Shown piece after piece: positions 19,546-31,392 of a stretch of 64,000 nucleotides of DNA. Positions within the stretch are counted from its first letter, which is position 1; every line of letters begins with the position of its first letter. The DNA is taken from positions 465,922 through 529,921 of the forward strand of contig CAWJKR010000008.1 of NCBI GenBank assembly GCA_963843505.1, read 5' to 3'. Made by a program: the position numbers and the translations under genes. The notes beneath the pieces are model-generated. The model was not told the DNA's origin and searched no databases. It worked only from the letters and a program-made list of their open reading frames with translations. The stretch comes from Candidatus Aminicenantes bacterium (lineage in GTDB: Bacteria; Acidobacteriota; Aminicenantia; Aminicenantales; Saccharicenantaceae).

Positions 19546-22486
19546 ATGCTTAAGATAATCAGCAAGATCGCCCTTTTCGGATCGATCGGCCTTTTCGCCC
19601 TGGGCGCTCCCTCGGCGCAAGACAACCCGACCGGCGACCCCCACGCGACAGGCCTCATCCCTCTCGACGCCCGCGAGATCGAGCAGATCGCCTCGAGCTG
19701 GCCGCGGATCACCCGGGTCGGCATCAACCGCCTCGGATTCGAGCGCGTCAACGAGGTCCGGGCCCGCAAGGGCAAGCCGGCCCTCGATCCCTTGTCCGTC
19801 GAGCCGGTCGGCGCCGAGGTCCGGAGCGTCCTTCCCGGGCACGGCGCCTCCGTCCTGGCCGCCGCCGCCAACGAGGACCTGGCCGCCGACCTGCCGGTCA
19901 GCGTCGACAACAGCCTGCTGAGGTTCTTCCCCCCGATCCGGAGCCAGGGGAGCCTCGGCGCGTGCGTCAGCTTCGCTGTCACCTATTATCAGCTGTCCTA
20001 CATGACGGCCTTCCAGCGCAACCTGGATATCCGGGACACCGCGACAACACCAACAAGTACTCGCCGAAATGGACCTACAACATGGTCAACGGCGGGAGCG
20101 ACAGCGGCTCGAGCTTCTATCAGAACCTACAACGTGCTCGAGCGGAACGGGTCCGCCACTTGGGCAGGAGTTCCCGTACGATACGAACTTCCGCGCCTGG
20201 AGCCTCGACCCCGCGGTCTGGAGGAACGCCCTCGGCGTCCGGACCAAAGTCATCCAGTACGTCAATAACGCCAGCACGGCGACGGGGCTCGAGCTCATCA
20301 AGGAGCTCCTGATCGACGGCTATGTCGTCGTCTACGGCACCTATATCAGCTCCTGGGTCTTCATGAACGCCTCAGGACGATCCCTCGACCGTCCGACGAC
20401 GACGCCGCCGTGGGGCAGGCCGTCGGCTATTGGCTCAACGGCAGCAACGGCGGGCACGCGATGACCATCGTCGGCTTCAACGACGCCGTCTGGACGGACA
20501 TCAATACGGACGGGATCGTCGACGCGGGCGAGAAGGGCGCCTTCCGGATCGCCAATTCCTGGGGCACCGGGTGGCATCAGGGGGGATTCACGTGGCTGGC
20601 CTACGACGCCCTCCGGAACCCCTCGGCGGTCCCCGGCGCCCCGTCGGGCGGACGCGTCGCGGCCTTCCAGGGCGACCAGGTCTACGTCCTGACGGCCCGC
20701 AACGGCTACGCGCCGCTGATGATCGGCGAGTTCACCGTCAACCACGCCAAGAGGGGCCAGATGCGGCTCTCCCTCGGCCGCTCGAACACGGCCGCCACGT
20801 CCCCGCGGAGACGTGGTCGCCGGCGGCCCTCGTGAGCGCGGGCGGCTCCTATGCTTTCGACGGTTCGACGACGGCCGTTCCCGCGACCTTCGTCCTGGAT
20901 TTTACGGACCTCCTGGCCGCCGGGGCCGGGCTGCAGCGCTATTACCTCGGCATCAACGACGGCATCGCCGGAGATCCGGCGACCTTGAGCGCTTTCAAGA
21001 TCGTCGACCTGACGACCGACCCGGACGCCGAGGCGGCCTCTTCGCTCGTGCCCCAGACGATCGACGGCCAGCAGGCCTATGCCTACGTCGACTATGCCTA
21101 TGCCGGTCCGGCGGCCAATGATCCGCCGACGCTCTCCTCAGCCTCAGGTCAACCCCGCGACCGGCAGGCCGGGCATCACGTATACGTTCACGGTCCGGTA
21201 CACGGACCAGGACGGCAACGTGCCGTCGGTGAAGAACGTCGTCATCGACGGGACCCCCCACGCGATGAGCCTCGTTTCCGGCCAGCTGCCCGCGAACGGC
21301 TTGTACAGCTATGCCATGACGCTCTCCCTCGGCAGCCACAGCTTTTATTTTTATTTCGAGGACGGCCACGGCGAATCGGCCCTGGCGCCTCTCGCCGGCG
21401 AGATGAGGGGCCCCGAGGTCTATACCCATGTCCTCTCCAACCTCTCCCCGTCGAGCGCGACGGCCGGCGACCCGGCGTTCACCCTGGCCCTGACCGGGAG
21501 CGATTTCGTGAGCGGGGTCGTGGCGGACATGGGACGGCAGCGACCGCCCGACGACCTTCGTCTCGAGCACGCGGCTTGACGCCCAGATCGCCGCCGCCGA
21601 CCTCGCCTCGGGCAGGACGGTCCCGGTCTCCGTCCGGGACACCGGGGGCTGGAACAGCAACGTCATGACGTTCACCGTCAATAACCCCGTGCCGTCGTTG
21701 ACCACGGTCTCGCCGGCCTCGGCGAGCGCGGGAGGGACGGGGCAGGCCCTGACCCTGCGCGGGACGGGCTTCGTTCCGAGCTCGCTCGGTCGAGTGAACG
21801 GCCTCGGCAAGACGACGACCTATGTCGGCGAAACGGAGATCCAGGTCGCGCTCTCGGCCCAGGACCTCGCGGCCGGAGGGGAATTCGAGGTGACCGTCGA
21901 CAATCCCGCCCCGTCCGGCGGCGTCTCCGCGGGGCTGACCTTCGTCGTGTCCGATATCACCATGAGCGCGGCCCCGACGGAGCTGTCCGCCTCCGCCGGG
22001 CAATCGGCGACCTGCGCCGTCGAGGTGACGCCCCGGTACGGCGCGTTCACTTCCGCGGTGTCCTTCAGCGCCACGGGCCTGCCGCGAGGGTGCACCGCGA
22101 CCTTCTCGCCGTCGACCGTAACCCCCGGCGACGCCGCCGCTTCGACCACTCTGACCCTCGCCACCCGGGCCCGCCAGAGCTCCGGCGCCGCGGCCGCGAT
22201 CAGGCCGGCGGGGCCCGTTCCGCCGGCGCTGGGGCTTCTCTTTCTCGCCGCGGCCGCCCTCGTTTGGATCCTCTCCCGCGACGTCGCCCTGCGCGGCTCC
22301 GCCGCCCGCCGCCGGTTGGCCACGGCCGCCTTGGTCCTCCTCGTCGTCGGGATGGCCGGCTGCGGGGCGGGGGGGACGAACGACCCCCAGGACCTCGGCA
22401 CCCCGGCGGGGACCTACGGCGTGATCGTCCACGCGACCTCGGGCGGCCTGTCGGCCGAGACCCCGGTCACGCTCGTCGTCCGCTGA
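19546..22486 (+). CDS. Secreted papain-like (C1) cysteine peptidase with Ig/IPT-TIG domains and a C-terminal membrane/lipobox-like tail; multiple frameshifts
   Basis: Signal peptide; PIRSQGSLGACVSFA (Gln/Cys), GHAMTIVGFND (His), RIANSWGTGW (Asn); IPT-like LSPSSATAG...TLALTGSDF repeats. Confidence 0.82.
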
Positions 22487-22537
22487 GGATCCGTCGCCCT
22501 GGCCGCCGCCGGCGAAAAAGACTAGAATGGAGCGGTC

Positions 22538-23101
22538 ATGAAGAAAAGCCTCGCCGCCGCCTTGTTCGCCCTCGTTTTCGCCGTATCCGCCGGGGCGGCC
22601 TTCGGCGCGGGCTTCACGTTGACGCTCAAGGCCGGCTATTTCATGCCGTCCGCCCAGGTCTTCCGCGACGTCTATGGCGGGGGCCCGGCCTTCGGCGGCG
22701 AGATCTCCATCCCGATCGCCGGTCCCTTCCAGATCTGGGCCGGGGCGGACGTCTTCGGCAAGACGGGTCTTCTTTCGGTCTCGGAAGAGGAGACCAAGGT
22801 CCGCATCACCCCTCTTTACGCGGGCCTGAGGGCCGAGTTCGGCAAGACGGGCATCCGGCCATACGTCGGCGCCGCGGCCGCCTACTTCCTTTTCCATGAA
22901 GAGAATCCGCTCGGGGCGGTCAGCGAGAACGGTCTGGGCTTTCTGACCCAGGCGGGGATCATGGCCCGGCTCGGCGGCTCCCTCTGGCTCGACGTCTTCG
23001 CCGGGTTTCGGGCTTGCACCCTTCGCGTCGATGCCGACGACCCCCTCGAAGCCAAGATCGGCGGCCTGTCCGCCGGCCTGGGCCTGGCCTATCGGTTCTG
23101 A
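22538..23101 (+). CDS. Small outer-membrane beta-barrel protein (8-stranded OmpW/OmpA-like)
   Basis: Signal peptide, amphipathic strands, IRPYVGAA, C-terminal GLAYRF BAM signal. Confidence 0.8.
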   Translation: MKKSLAAALFALVFAVSAGAAFGAGFTLTLKAGYFMPSAQVFRDVYGGGPAFGGEISIPIAGPFQIWAGADVFGKTGLLSVSEEETKVRITPLYAGLRAEFGKTGIRPYVGAAAAYFLFHEENPLGAVSENGLGFLTQAGIMARLGGSLWLDVFAGFRACTLRVDADDPLEAKIGGLSAGLGLAYRF

Positions 23102-23148
23102 CATTTCCCGTCTTGAAATAACCCGCCGGGACCGCTAAACTGGATGCC

Positions 23149-23778
23149 ATGAAAGCCATCGCCAAGACCGCCGGCGCCTTCGCCTTGCTCCTCGCGCTCT
23201 TCGTCCCGTCGTTCGCCGTCATGAAGCCGGGCGAGAAGATCGTCCCGTTCTCCCTGAAGAACGTCGACGGCAAGGACTATACCGTCTCCGTCGAGGAGGG
23301 GAAGCTGACCCTGACCGTCACCGAGACCGTCGGCGGCGAAACGAAGGCCGTCAAGACCCACCCCGCCGGCGTCCTCATCGACTTCTGGGCGACCTGGTGC
23401 GTGCCCTGCCGCAAGGCCATGCCCCACATGCAGCAGCTCAACGAGACCTACAAGCCCGCCGAAGGGCAGTCGGAAGGCGGCCTCCACGTCATCGGCATCG
23501 CGCTCGACGACGCCGGCGGCAAGGTCGTCAAGCCCTTCTACGCGAAGCTCAAGATCACCTATCCCATGCTGGCCGACGCGCCGACGTGCGCCGCGGCGGC
23601 CGGCATCGCCGCGACGGCCAAGGACATGAAGAAGAGGTACGGCGTCCAGGAGATCCCCGTCGTTTATCTGATCGACTCGACGGGGACCATCACCCACGCC
23701 CACGTCGGCTTCAAGGAAGCGTTCGTGGCCGAGCTCGACGCCGCGGTCAAGGCTGTCCTCGGGGGAGCCGGGCGGTGA
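23149..23778 (+). CDS. TlpA-family thioredoxin-like disulfide reductase
   Basis: Signal/anchor; IDFWATWCVPC; YGVQEIPVVYLID. Confidence 0.9.
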   Translation: MKAIAKTAGAFALLLALFVPSFAVMKPGEKIVPFSLKNVDGKDYTVSVEEGKLTLTVTETVGGETKAVKTHPAGVLIDFWATWCVPCRKAMPHMQQLNETYKPAEGQSEGGLHVIGIALDDAGGKVVKPFYAKLKITYPMLADAPTCAAAAGIAATAKDMKKRYGVQEIPVVYLIDSTGTITHAHVGFKEAFVAELDAAVKAVLGGAGR

Positions 23779-23909
23779 AGCGCCGGCTGCCCTGGGTCCT
23801 GCTCACGGTTTCCCTCGTTCTCATGGCCGCCGGGCTTCTCCTCGGCGAATACAGGACCGTCCTCGAAAAAGCCATCACCGTCTGCCTCGACTGCATCGGG
23901 ATCGGCTGA
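23775..23909 (+). CDS. CD1871A-family small CXXC membrane protein (44 aa)
   Basis: GTG overlapping the tlpA stop; (M)KRRLPWVLLTVSLVLMAAGLLLGEYRTVLEKAITVCLDCIGIG*. Confidence 0.8.
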   Translation: MKRRLPWVLLTVSLVLMAAGLLLGEYRTVLEKAITVCLDCIGIG

Positions 23910-23917
23910 GCGCGCAG

Positions 23918-24827
23918 ATGGCCCGGAAGCTCCCCCGCAAGCCCCGCGATAAAAGGCCCTGGTACCAGGCCGCCTTCGCCCTCGGGATCAACGCCTGGAT
24001 CCCTTCGTGGTTCAAGGGCGAGATCTTCCAGGGCGGGATCAAGGGCATCTGCGTGCCCGCCCTCAACTGCTATTCCTGTCCCTCGGCCATGGGCGCCTGT
24101 CCCATCGGGGCCATGCAGACCTTTTTCGGCGGCCTGCGCTTCAACCTGTCCATCGCCGAGAAGAAGTTCGGCCTCTACGTCGCCGGCTTCATGGCCGCCG
24201 TGGGCAGCGCCGTCGGCCGCATGCCCTGCGGCTGGATCTGCCCGTTCGGCTTCTTCCAGGAGCTCGTCTACAAGATCCGGACGCCCAAGCTGCGCATCCC
24301 TCACTTCATGACCTATTTCCGCTACGTCGTCCTCGTGACCATGGTCGTCGCCCTGCCGCTCCTCATCGTCGACGAGTTCGGCTACGGAGAGACCTGGTTC
24401 TGCAAGTGGATCTGTCCGGCCGGGACGCTCGAGGCCGGCATCCCGCTCATGCTCATCAAGACGGACCTCCGCCCCCTTATCGGGTTCATGTACTACTGGA
24501 AGCTCGGGCTGCTCGCCGTCTTCCTGGGCTGGTTCGTCGTCAGCCAGCGGCCCTTCTGCCGGACGGTCTGCCCGCTCGGCGCCTTCTGGGGCCTGTTCAA
24601 CAAGGGGAGCCTCTTCCGCATGGCCGTCGACGACGAGAAATGCACCCTCTGCGACAAGTGCCACAAGGACTGCCCCGTCGAGATCAAGATCTACGAGCAG
24701 GCCAACTCGCCCGACTGCGTCCGCTGCCTGACGCTGCGTCTCGTCGTGCAAGTTCGGGGCGATCAGCTACGAGTTCCTCGGCAAGAAGGAAGTCTCCCCG
24801 GACTTGCGCGTCAAGAAGCCGGCCTGA
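23918..24827 (+). CDS. Membrane 4Fe-4S binding protein (NapH/YccM-like); frameshift near 24730
   Basis: CVPALNCYSCP, CGWICPFG, FCKWICPAG, FCRTVCPLG, CTLCDKCHKDCP, CVRCLxCVSSC motifs. Confidence 0.88.
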
Positions 24828-24846
24828 TGTTCGAAGGGATCTCCGA

Positions 24847-26449
24847 ATGAGCCTCATCGATCCGGGGCCGGACAAGGCCCGCTACCGGCGCATCGCGGTC
24901 CGGGGCGTCGGCAGGACCGTGTGCGGCGGCCGGCCGGCCCTGCGGGTCTCAGACGGCGCCCTCAAGGCCCTGACGGGAGAGGCGTTCACCGACCTCGCCT
25001 TCTACCTTCGGCCGGACTTCCTCGCGGCCATGCGAGGCATCATCGACGACCCCGGGGCGTCGGCCAACGACCGGTTCGTAGCGGGGGCCGTCCTGCGGAA
25101 CGCCGTCATCGCGGCCGAGGGCGTCCTGCCGCTCTGCCAGGACACGGGCTCCATCCAGGTCTACGCCTTGCGCGGCCACCGCGTCGTCACCGAAGGCCGG
25201 GACGAAGAGGTCATGGCCGCGGCCGCGTCCGAGGTTTACAAGAAACGTAACCTGCGCTATTCGATCATGGCCCCGCTCACGGTCATGGACGAGGTCAACA
25301 CGGGAAACAACCTACCTGCCCAGATCGACATCCAGGCCGCCCCGGGCGCCGAGTACCGCTTCTTCTTCACGGCCAAGGGCGCCGGCTCGTCCAACAAGAT
25401 CGCGCTGTTCCAGGAATCGAAGGCCCGGCTCGAGGACGGCGCCCTCGAGGCCTTCCTCGCGGAGAAGATCCGGGCGCTCGGCGTCGCCGCCTGCCCGCCC
25501 TATCGCGTCGCCGTCGTCGTCGGCGGGCTATCGCCCGAGATGACCCTCAAGACGGTCAAGCTCGCCTCGGCCGGCTTCCTCGACGGCCTGCCCAAGCGAG
25601 GCTCGAAGCGCGGCGGGGCCTTCCGCGACCCGGGTTGGGAAGAGCGGACGATGCGCCTGGCCCGGGAGACGGGCCTCGGGGCCCAGTTCGGCGGGGTGTG
25701 GCTGGCCCACGAAGCCCGCTTCGTCCGCCTGCCGCGCCACGCCGGCTCGTGCCCGATCGGGATCGGCGTCTCGTGCAACGCCGACCGGGGCCTGAGGGGC
25801 AAGATCACGGCCGAAGGCGTTTTCCTGGAAGAGGTCGAGCGCCGGCCGTCCCGGTTCCTCGAGGGGGCGCGGACGGCCGGGCCCGCCGGGTCCGTGGCCG
25901 TCGATCTCGGGCGGCCCATCGCCGACGTTCTGGCCGAAACTGCGGACGCTGCCCGTCGGCACGCTCGTCAGGCTGTCCGGTCCGCTCGTCGTGGCCCGGG
26001 ACATCGCCCACGCCCGGCTGGCCAAGATCCTGCGGGAGACCGGGGACGTGCCCGACTACCTCAAGCGCCATCCCGTCTATTACGCCGGCCCGGCCAAGAC
26101 GCCGCGCGGCATGGCCTCGGGCAGCTTCGGCCCGACGACGGCCCAGCGCATGGACGGCTACATGGCCGATCTCATGAAGGCCGGGGCCTCGCTCGTGACG
26201 CTCGGCAAAGGCAACCGGACCGCGCCGGCGACCGAGGCGCTCAAGGCCTGGGGCGGGGTTTTCCTGGGGACGATCGGCGGGGCGGCGGCGCTCATCGCCA
26301 AGGAGCATATCGTCTCGAGCGAGACGATCGATTTCGCCGATCTGGGGATGGAGGCGGTCCGCCGCATCGTGGTCAAGGACCTGCCCGCTTTCGTGATCTA
26401 CGACGGGAAGGGCGGCGATCTCTACGCTACTTCTTCTCTTCTTCCTTGA
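24847..26449 (+). CDS. Class I (Fe-S) fumarate hydratase; frameshift near 25940
   Basis: LPLCQDTG, NTGNNLPAQI, AACPPY, RLPRHAGSCP, ARDIAH, YYAGPAKTP, GPTT, LGMEAV motifs. Confidence 0.9.
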
Positions 26450-27020
26450 CCTTCTTGATGACTTCCTGCACCTGCGGGAATATCTTCGGGCTGCCCTCGT
26501 AGGTCTCGACGGAGATCAATCCATCCTGCGGGTCCAGCCGGATCTGGGCGTCCTCGTAGAATCGGCCTTCGCCCTTGTTCTTCGCGTTGAGCTTGAGCTC
26601 CATGGCCATGAACAGGTGGCGGGACATCGATCTCTGGTAGTTCGAATCCCACTGCTGGCGGTTGAAGAAGAGCAGGATCTTCTTGCCCTTTTCCGTGGGC
26701 ACGGTGAAGGCGGCGTGGATGGTCAGGTTGAAGCCGCGGGCGTACATGAAGCGGACGACGCCCTTATTGGCGCGGCTGTACGCGGCCATGAAGGCGTCGA
26801 CGCCCGCCTCGTTCATGGTCCGCTGGAGCTCGATGACCTCCTCGGGGGTGGTCCAGCTCGAGACCTCGATCTGGATCTTGATCAGGGGCGGCTCGACCGG
26901 GGCCTTCCCCGTCAACATCTGGGCCCGGAAGATGTCAGTGGCGCCGAGAGGGGAGACCCCCGCGGCCAGGAGCGCGGCGAAGGCGATAACGGCCAGTGTT
27001 CTTGGGGACAGAAATCTCAT
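26427..27020 (-). CDS. Secreted hypothetical protein
   Basis: 197 aa, clean signal peptide, coding-like codon bias; no family recognised. Confidence 0.7.
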   Translation of the reverse strand: MRFLSPRTLAVIAFAALLAAGVSPLGATDIFRAQMLTGKAPVEPPLIKIQIEVSSWTTPEEVIELQRTMNEAGVDAFMAAYSRANKGVVRFMYARGFNLTIHAAFTVPTEKGKKILLFFNRQQWDSNYQRSMSRHLFMAMELKLNAKNKGEGRFYEDAQIRLDPQDGLISVETYEGSPKIFPQVQEVIKKVKEEEKK

Positions 27021-27085
27021 GATGGTGATTCTCCAGTGGTTCTCTGACTATCATGCGCCAGAAAGGCGGGGCGATGTCAAACGGG

Positions 27086-29181
27086 CTACTTCTGGACCGT
27101 CGTGAGGACGATCTGCTCCTCGTCGATCGTCCGGACCGTGTCGTAGAAGCGACTTGACGGCCTTGTACTGCTCGACCGGGAAACAAGCTCTTCTTGATGA
27201 TGAGGTCGCGCTGGATGTGAAGCCGGTTGGGCGCCTCCAAGCCGCAGACGATCGAAAATCGGAGAACTCGGTCTCGTTCTTGCGGGGCACCGGCCGGACC
27301 TCGGCGGATCAGCCCCTCGGGCAGGGTGATGATGATGTCGTCGAACTGGCGGAACGGGTAGGGGATATAGACGGGGTATTTGCGCTCGTCGTGACGGAAC
27401 GGATACTGTCCCGTGCCGGCCAGCGGGGAGATCGGCAGGAGCATCTTTTCGCCGGCGGCGGTCCCGATCCCCGGGATGGAGACCTCATAGGAGCGATCAG
27501 GGACGGGGTCGTTGTTGTCGATGTTCTCGACCTTGGTCAGCTTGGCCGATCGCGCCCATGGGGAGGAGGTCGCCGAGCTCCTTCTCGAGCGCTTCCCGGC
27601 GGGCCGCGTCGTCGTCGTGGATGTGGTCGAGCCGCCGGACGAGGGCCTCCTGGCCGGTATAGGTCGTCGTGACCGTCCCGGCGAGGTTGCCCTGCAGGTC
27701 GAGCGTCAGGGCGATCTCGCGCTGCGTCAGGGCCATGTCGGGCGGGAAGACCGGGAGCGAGAAGAAGGCGGGCGGGTCGTCCGAGAAACGGAGGGCGGCC
27801 GAATTGGTCCGGCTCCAGTGGACGAGGCCGAAGGGGCAGAACGGCGTCGCCGGGTCGAAGGCCAGGACCCTGTCGCCGACCTTGACCGTGGCCACCTCCG
27901 AATCGAGCTGGCCATAGAAGGAGAGGTAGTTGTTGCGGAAGATCTTGTTGTCGCGGGCGGTGACCCGGACGACTCCGGCCTTGAAGCCGGCGGCCCGGGC
28001 CAGGGCGACGAACGTCCGGGTGATGTCGCTCCGCACGCCGAAGCCCCGCTCGAGGACGTCGGAGACCTTGCGCGTTGTCCTTGATCTTCTGCTCCTTCCT
28101 CTGCCGGCGGGTCAGTCCCTTCTCGTAGCTGAGGTTGCGGAGTCCCTGGACCTTGGCGTAGATCCGTTTGAGCTGCTCGATCGGGTCGGTCGCGTCGCCG
28201 ACGATCTCCCGGGCGGCGGCGTCGAGCCGGCCGGGCTTGCCGAGGAAGGCTTCGACGCCCTTTTGCCACTCCTTGCTCTCCAGCTTCCAGAACTCTTCGT
28301 TGCTCTTCGACCTTGTCGTTGATGATAGAAGAGGTCGACCGACGTCCGCATCGTCTCCTCCGGGACGGAATACTCCTCCTCTTCGAAGGCCGGGATGTCG
28401 ACGAGCTCCAGCTCGATCCGGCCCTTTTCGAACGTGGGCCTCGCCGACATCTTGCCGATGGAGACCCAGGCCATCCGGCAGCCCGCCTGCCGAACAGGTA
28501 GCTCAGCCAAGCCCGGAGTTGGACGTCGGTCGCGAACTTGGCCTTCTTGGTGAACAGGTCGTCCTGGACATCCCAGCTCTCGAAGGGCAGGGCCCGCAGC
28601 TCGGTCCTCTCGGGATAGCCGCCTTCCTCCGGCCGTCCGCCGGAGCCGCCGAGGCCGGTGACGATGTCGTCGAGGCCCTCGGTCGATCCGCTGCCCTCGC
28701 GATCGATCTCGACCTTATAGCGGTAGTCGATGATCGAGCCGACGGCGACGTCGGGCAGGGCGAAGGTCTTGGCGGCCACCCGCATCTTGCGGTAGCGGAA
28801 GGCCGTCTTGTCGAAGATCTGGCCGCCGAACTCGCGCGCCGGGCCTTCGGGCGGCACGACCCGGGCCTGGAGGCCCGTGATCTTGGTGGAGCCGGTGACG
28901 AAGGGGATCTCGATGTTCGAGTACTCCCGGCCGGCGTCGGTGAGGATCTTCAGGCGCCTGAAGACGGACGTCGCGAAGGTCTCGCCGTCGGTGATCTCCT
29001 CCCGGTAGAGGATGATCGCCGGCGCGCCGGGCTGCTGCGGGCAGTCCTTCATGGCCAACTCCTCCGGGCTGATCGGAGGCCAGGGCTTCTGGGCGAAGGC
29101 GGGCCGCCCGCAGAGGAAAACGAGGACGGTCGCGAGAAAGAGGGCCGCGGCCGGTGCCGGTAGGGAGCGGGTCTTGGACAT
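27086..29181 (-). CDS. DUF3857 + transglutaminase-like protein, apparently lacking the catalytic Cys; frameshifted
   Basis: PGAPAIILYREE, RRLKILT, ALPDVAVGSIIDY; GVRSDITRTFVALARAAG where GxC is expected; AFDPA; EEQIVL C-terminus. Confidence 0.78.
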
Positions 29182-31248
29182 CAGGGCCTCCTGGTCTCGG
29201 CGGTTTTCAGGAGCAGGCTCTGCTGCTCCTCGGCGCCCACGGCGAGGAAGAACTTGAGGGCCTCTTCATGGCGCGACGCCGGCAGGAGCGGCTCGATCAG
29301 CCGGTACTCGCGCCGGTAGACGAGCGTTCGCCCGGCCGCCTCCGTCCGGCTCGAATAGGAGGCGAATCCGGCGTCGAGGGCGACCGGCTTCGGCAGGCTT
29401 TCGGCGGTCCAGCCCTCCGGCAGCTCGATCGTGAACTCGTCCCGGGAGAACGAAGTCGTTTCCAGGTCGATGGGGTAGCGCCGCGGTTTCTTGTCCTTCG
29501 AGGCGAGGTCGATGGCCTTGTTGCCGACGACCCGGGGGCGGACGACGAGATAGCCGCCGGCGCGCTTGGCGTAGGCCGGAGGCGATGAAGCGGTAGCTGA
29601 CGACGAGGTCGCCGCGGGCGTCGTCGAGGTTCTTGAACTCGTAGGCTCTGGAGCGAGAAGGACGCGAAGGAGCGGGACAGGAACGTCTCGAGATACTTGC
29701 GCCGCTCCGCCTCCGTCGCCGACTGGATCTGATAGCGCAGGGAATCGGCCTCGGCGCCGCGCCGCGTCTCGGTGATCTCGCCGGCCAGCGCGCCGTCGCC
29801 CGTCAGGACGAGTGTGCCCCGGCGGTCGAGGACGTTGCCCTCGGGGCCGGGACGGGGGAGGAGCAGGAGCTCGCCGCTCCCGCCGGCCACGAGCAGGCCC
29901 GTGTTGTCCTGGAGGTAGTAGGGCAGGCGCCCGAGCGGGCGTCGTCGGCATGGTCGGGTCGAAGACGAGAAGCCGGCCCAGGCCCGGATGGCGGACCAGG
30001 CTGTCGAGCCCGGCGTCCGGAACGTCGTCGGGCAGGCGGATGGCCAGGATGACGTGGTTGAAGCTGCCGAGCGAGACCGGCGACTGGAGGTTCACGCCGC
30101 CCCGGTCGGTGTGGATGACGATGAAATGGGAATCGATCCCGACCGCCTCGAGAAGGGCCGCGAGGAGCGTCGCCTTGTCCTTGCAGTCGCCGTAGCGGTT
30201 GGCGAGGACGCTCGGCGCCGGGTGGGGCTGGAACCCGCCGATGCCGATCTGGATGGAGACGTAGCGGATCTCCTTCTGGGCGAATTCGGCCAGGGCCCTG
30301 ATCTTCGAGAGGGTGTCGGGCGAGGCCGCGGTGAGCTCGCGGGCCTTCTTGCGATACGGTCTCGTCGGGGACGCGCCGCGGCCCGCTCAGCGCCGGCGTA
30401 CCAGGCCCCCATGTCGGCCCAGCCGGAGAAGGACGCGCACGCCCGGGTCGGCCGACTTGAGCCGGACGAGCAGGCGGCCGGCCAGGGCGCGGTCGCCGGG
30501 CCGATAGGGTTCGTCCTCGATGGCCGGGATGTCGGCGATCTCGATGGAGAGCTTCCGGGGCAGCAGCGGGGAGATCGGCTCTTGCTTCGGTTCGACCGGC
30601 GTCCAATTGACCCAGCTGAAGTCCGGCTCCCAGCGCGTCGGCAGGGACAGCGCGTAGGTCGCCCGAAGGACCGGGAGCTCTCCTTGGAAGTCGAAGCTGT
30701 CCTCGAGCGGCGGGCGGGGTCCGCTCGTGCACCCATTCGAAGCCGACCACGCTGCCGACGTCGACTTCCGGGACGACGAGCAGCATGATCTTGGCGTCCA
30801 TGTAGAGGGTGTCCGGGGCGAGCGAGGACGAGATGACCTGTCTTCATGGTCACCTGGCGCGGCGAGCCGGACGGGTTGATCACCCATCCGGTCATCGCCT
30901 TGACCTTGGTGTCGTAGGTCTCGGCCGGATCAGGCGCTGGGCGATCCTCGATCGCCGCCGGACCGGAGGACGCGGGTCGCCCGCCGGACGGTCGTGGTCA
31001 GGACGCCCTTGGGACTGATGACGGTCGACTGCTCGTTGAGCAGGACGACGGCTTCGGTCTCGGCCGGGAGCGACGGAATGGGACGGGCGGCCTCGTCGGC
31101 GAGCCAGGACGGCGGTTTGACCGCGCCGCCGGCCGGCGGACAAGGGGCGGACGATGGGGACGGACGATGGCCATGCGGCCGGGAAGGAGAGGATCAGGGC
31201 AAGAAAGAAGGTCCTGACGGACGCGGAAACCAACAGGCGCGTTCCCAT
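29181..31248 (-). CDS. DUF3857 + transglutaminase domain protein with intact Cys-His-Asp triad; frameshifted
   Basis: VPEVDVGSVV, IRYVSIQIGIGGFQPH, YGDCKDKATLL, FNHVILAI, VFDPT motifs. Confidence 0.82.
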
Positions 31249-31392
31249 ATTCCCCTTGACACGCCCTCCTGTGCCCGAGAATATTCTCTGTTTGGACTGA
31301 ATGTCAAGGCGATTGTATGACTTATTGCGCCTTCTCGAGACGTGCTATAGTGGTCGGGGGAGGAAAACCATGAAGCTTCGAGCGCTGACCTC

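Noticed and set aside
23149-24827. Selenoproteins with in-frame UGA near the sel genes
   Set aside because: The redox motifs read in TlpA, the CXXC peptide, SelD and the DsbD-like protein use Cys codons. No convincing UGA readthrough was seen by eye.
24847-26449. Split alpha/beta fumarase
   Set aside because: The break is a single-base shift near 25940 with no proper stop/start pair, consistent with one fused class I enzyme.
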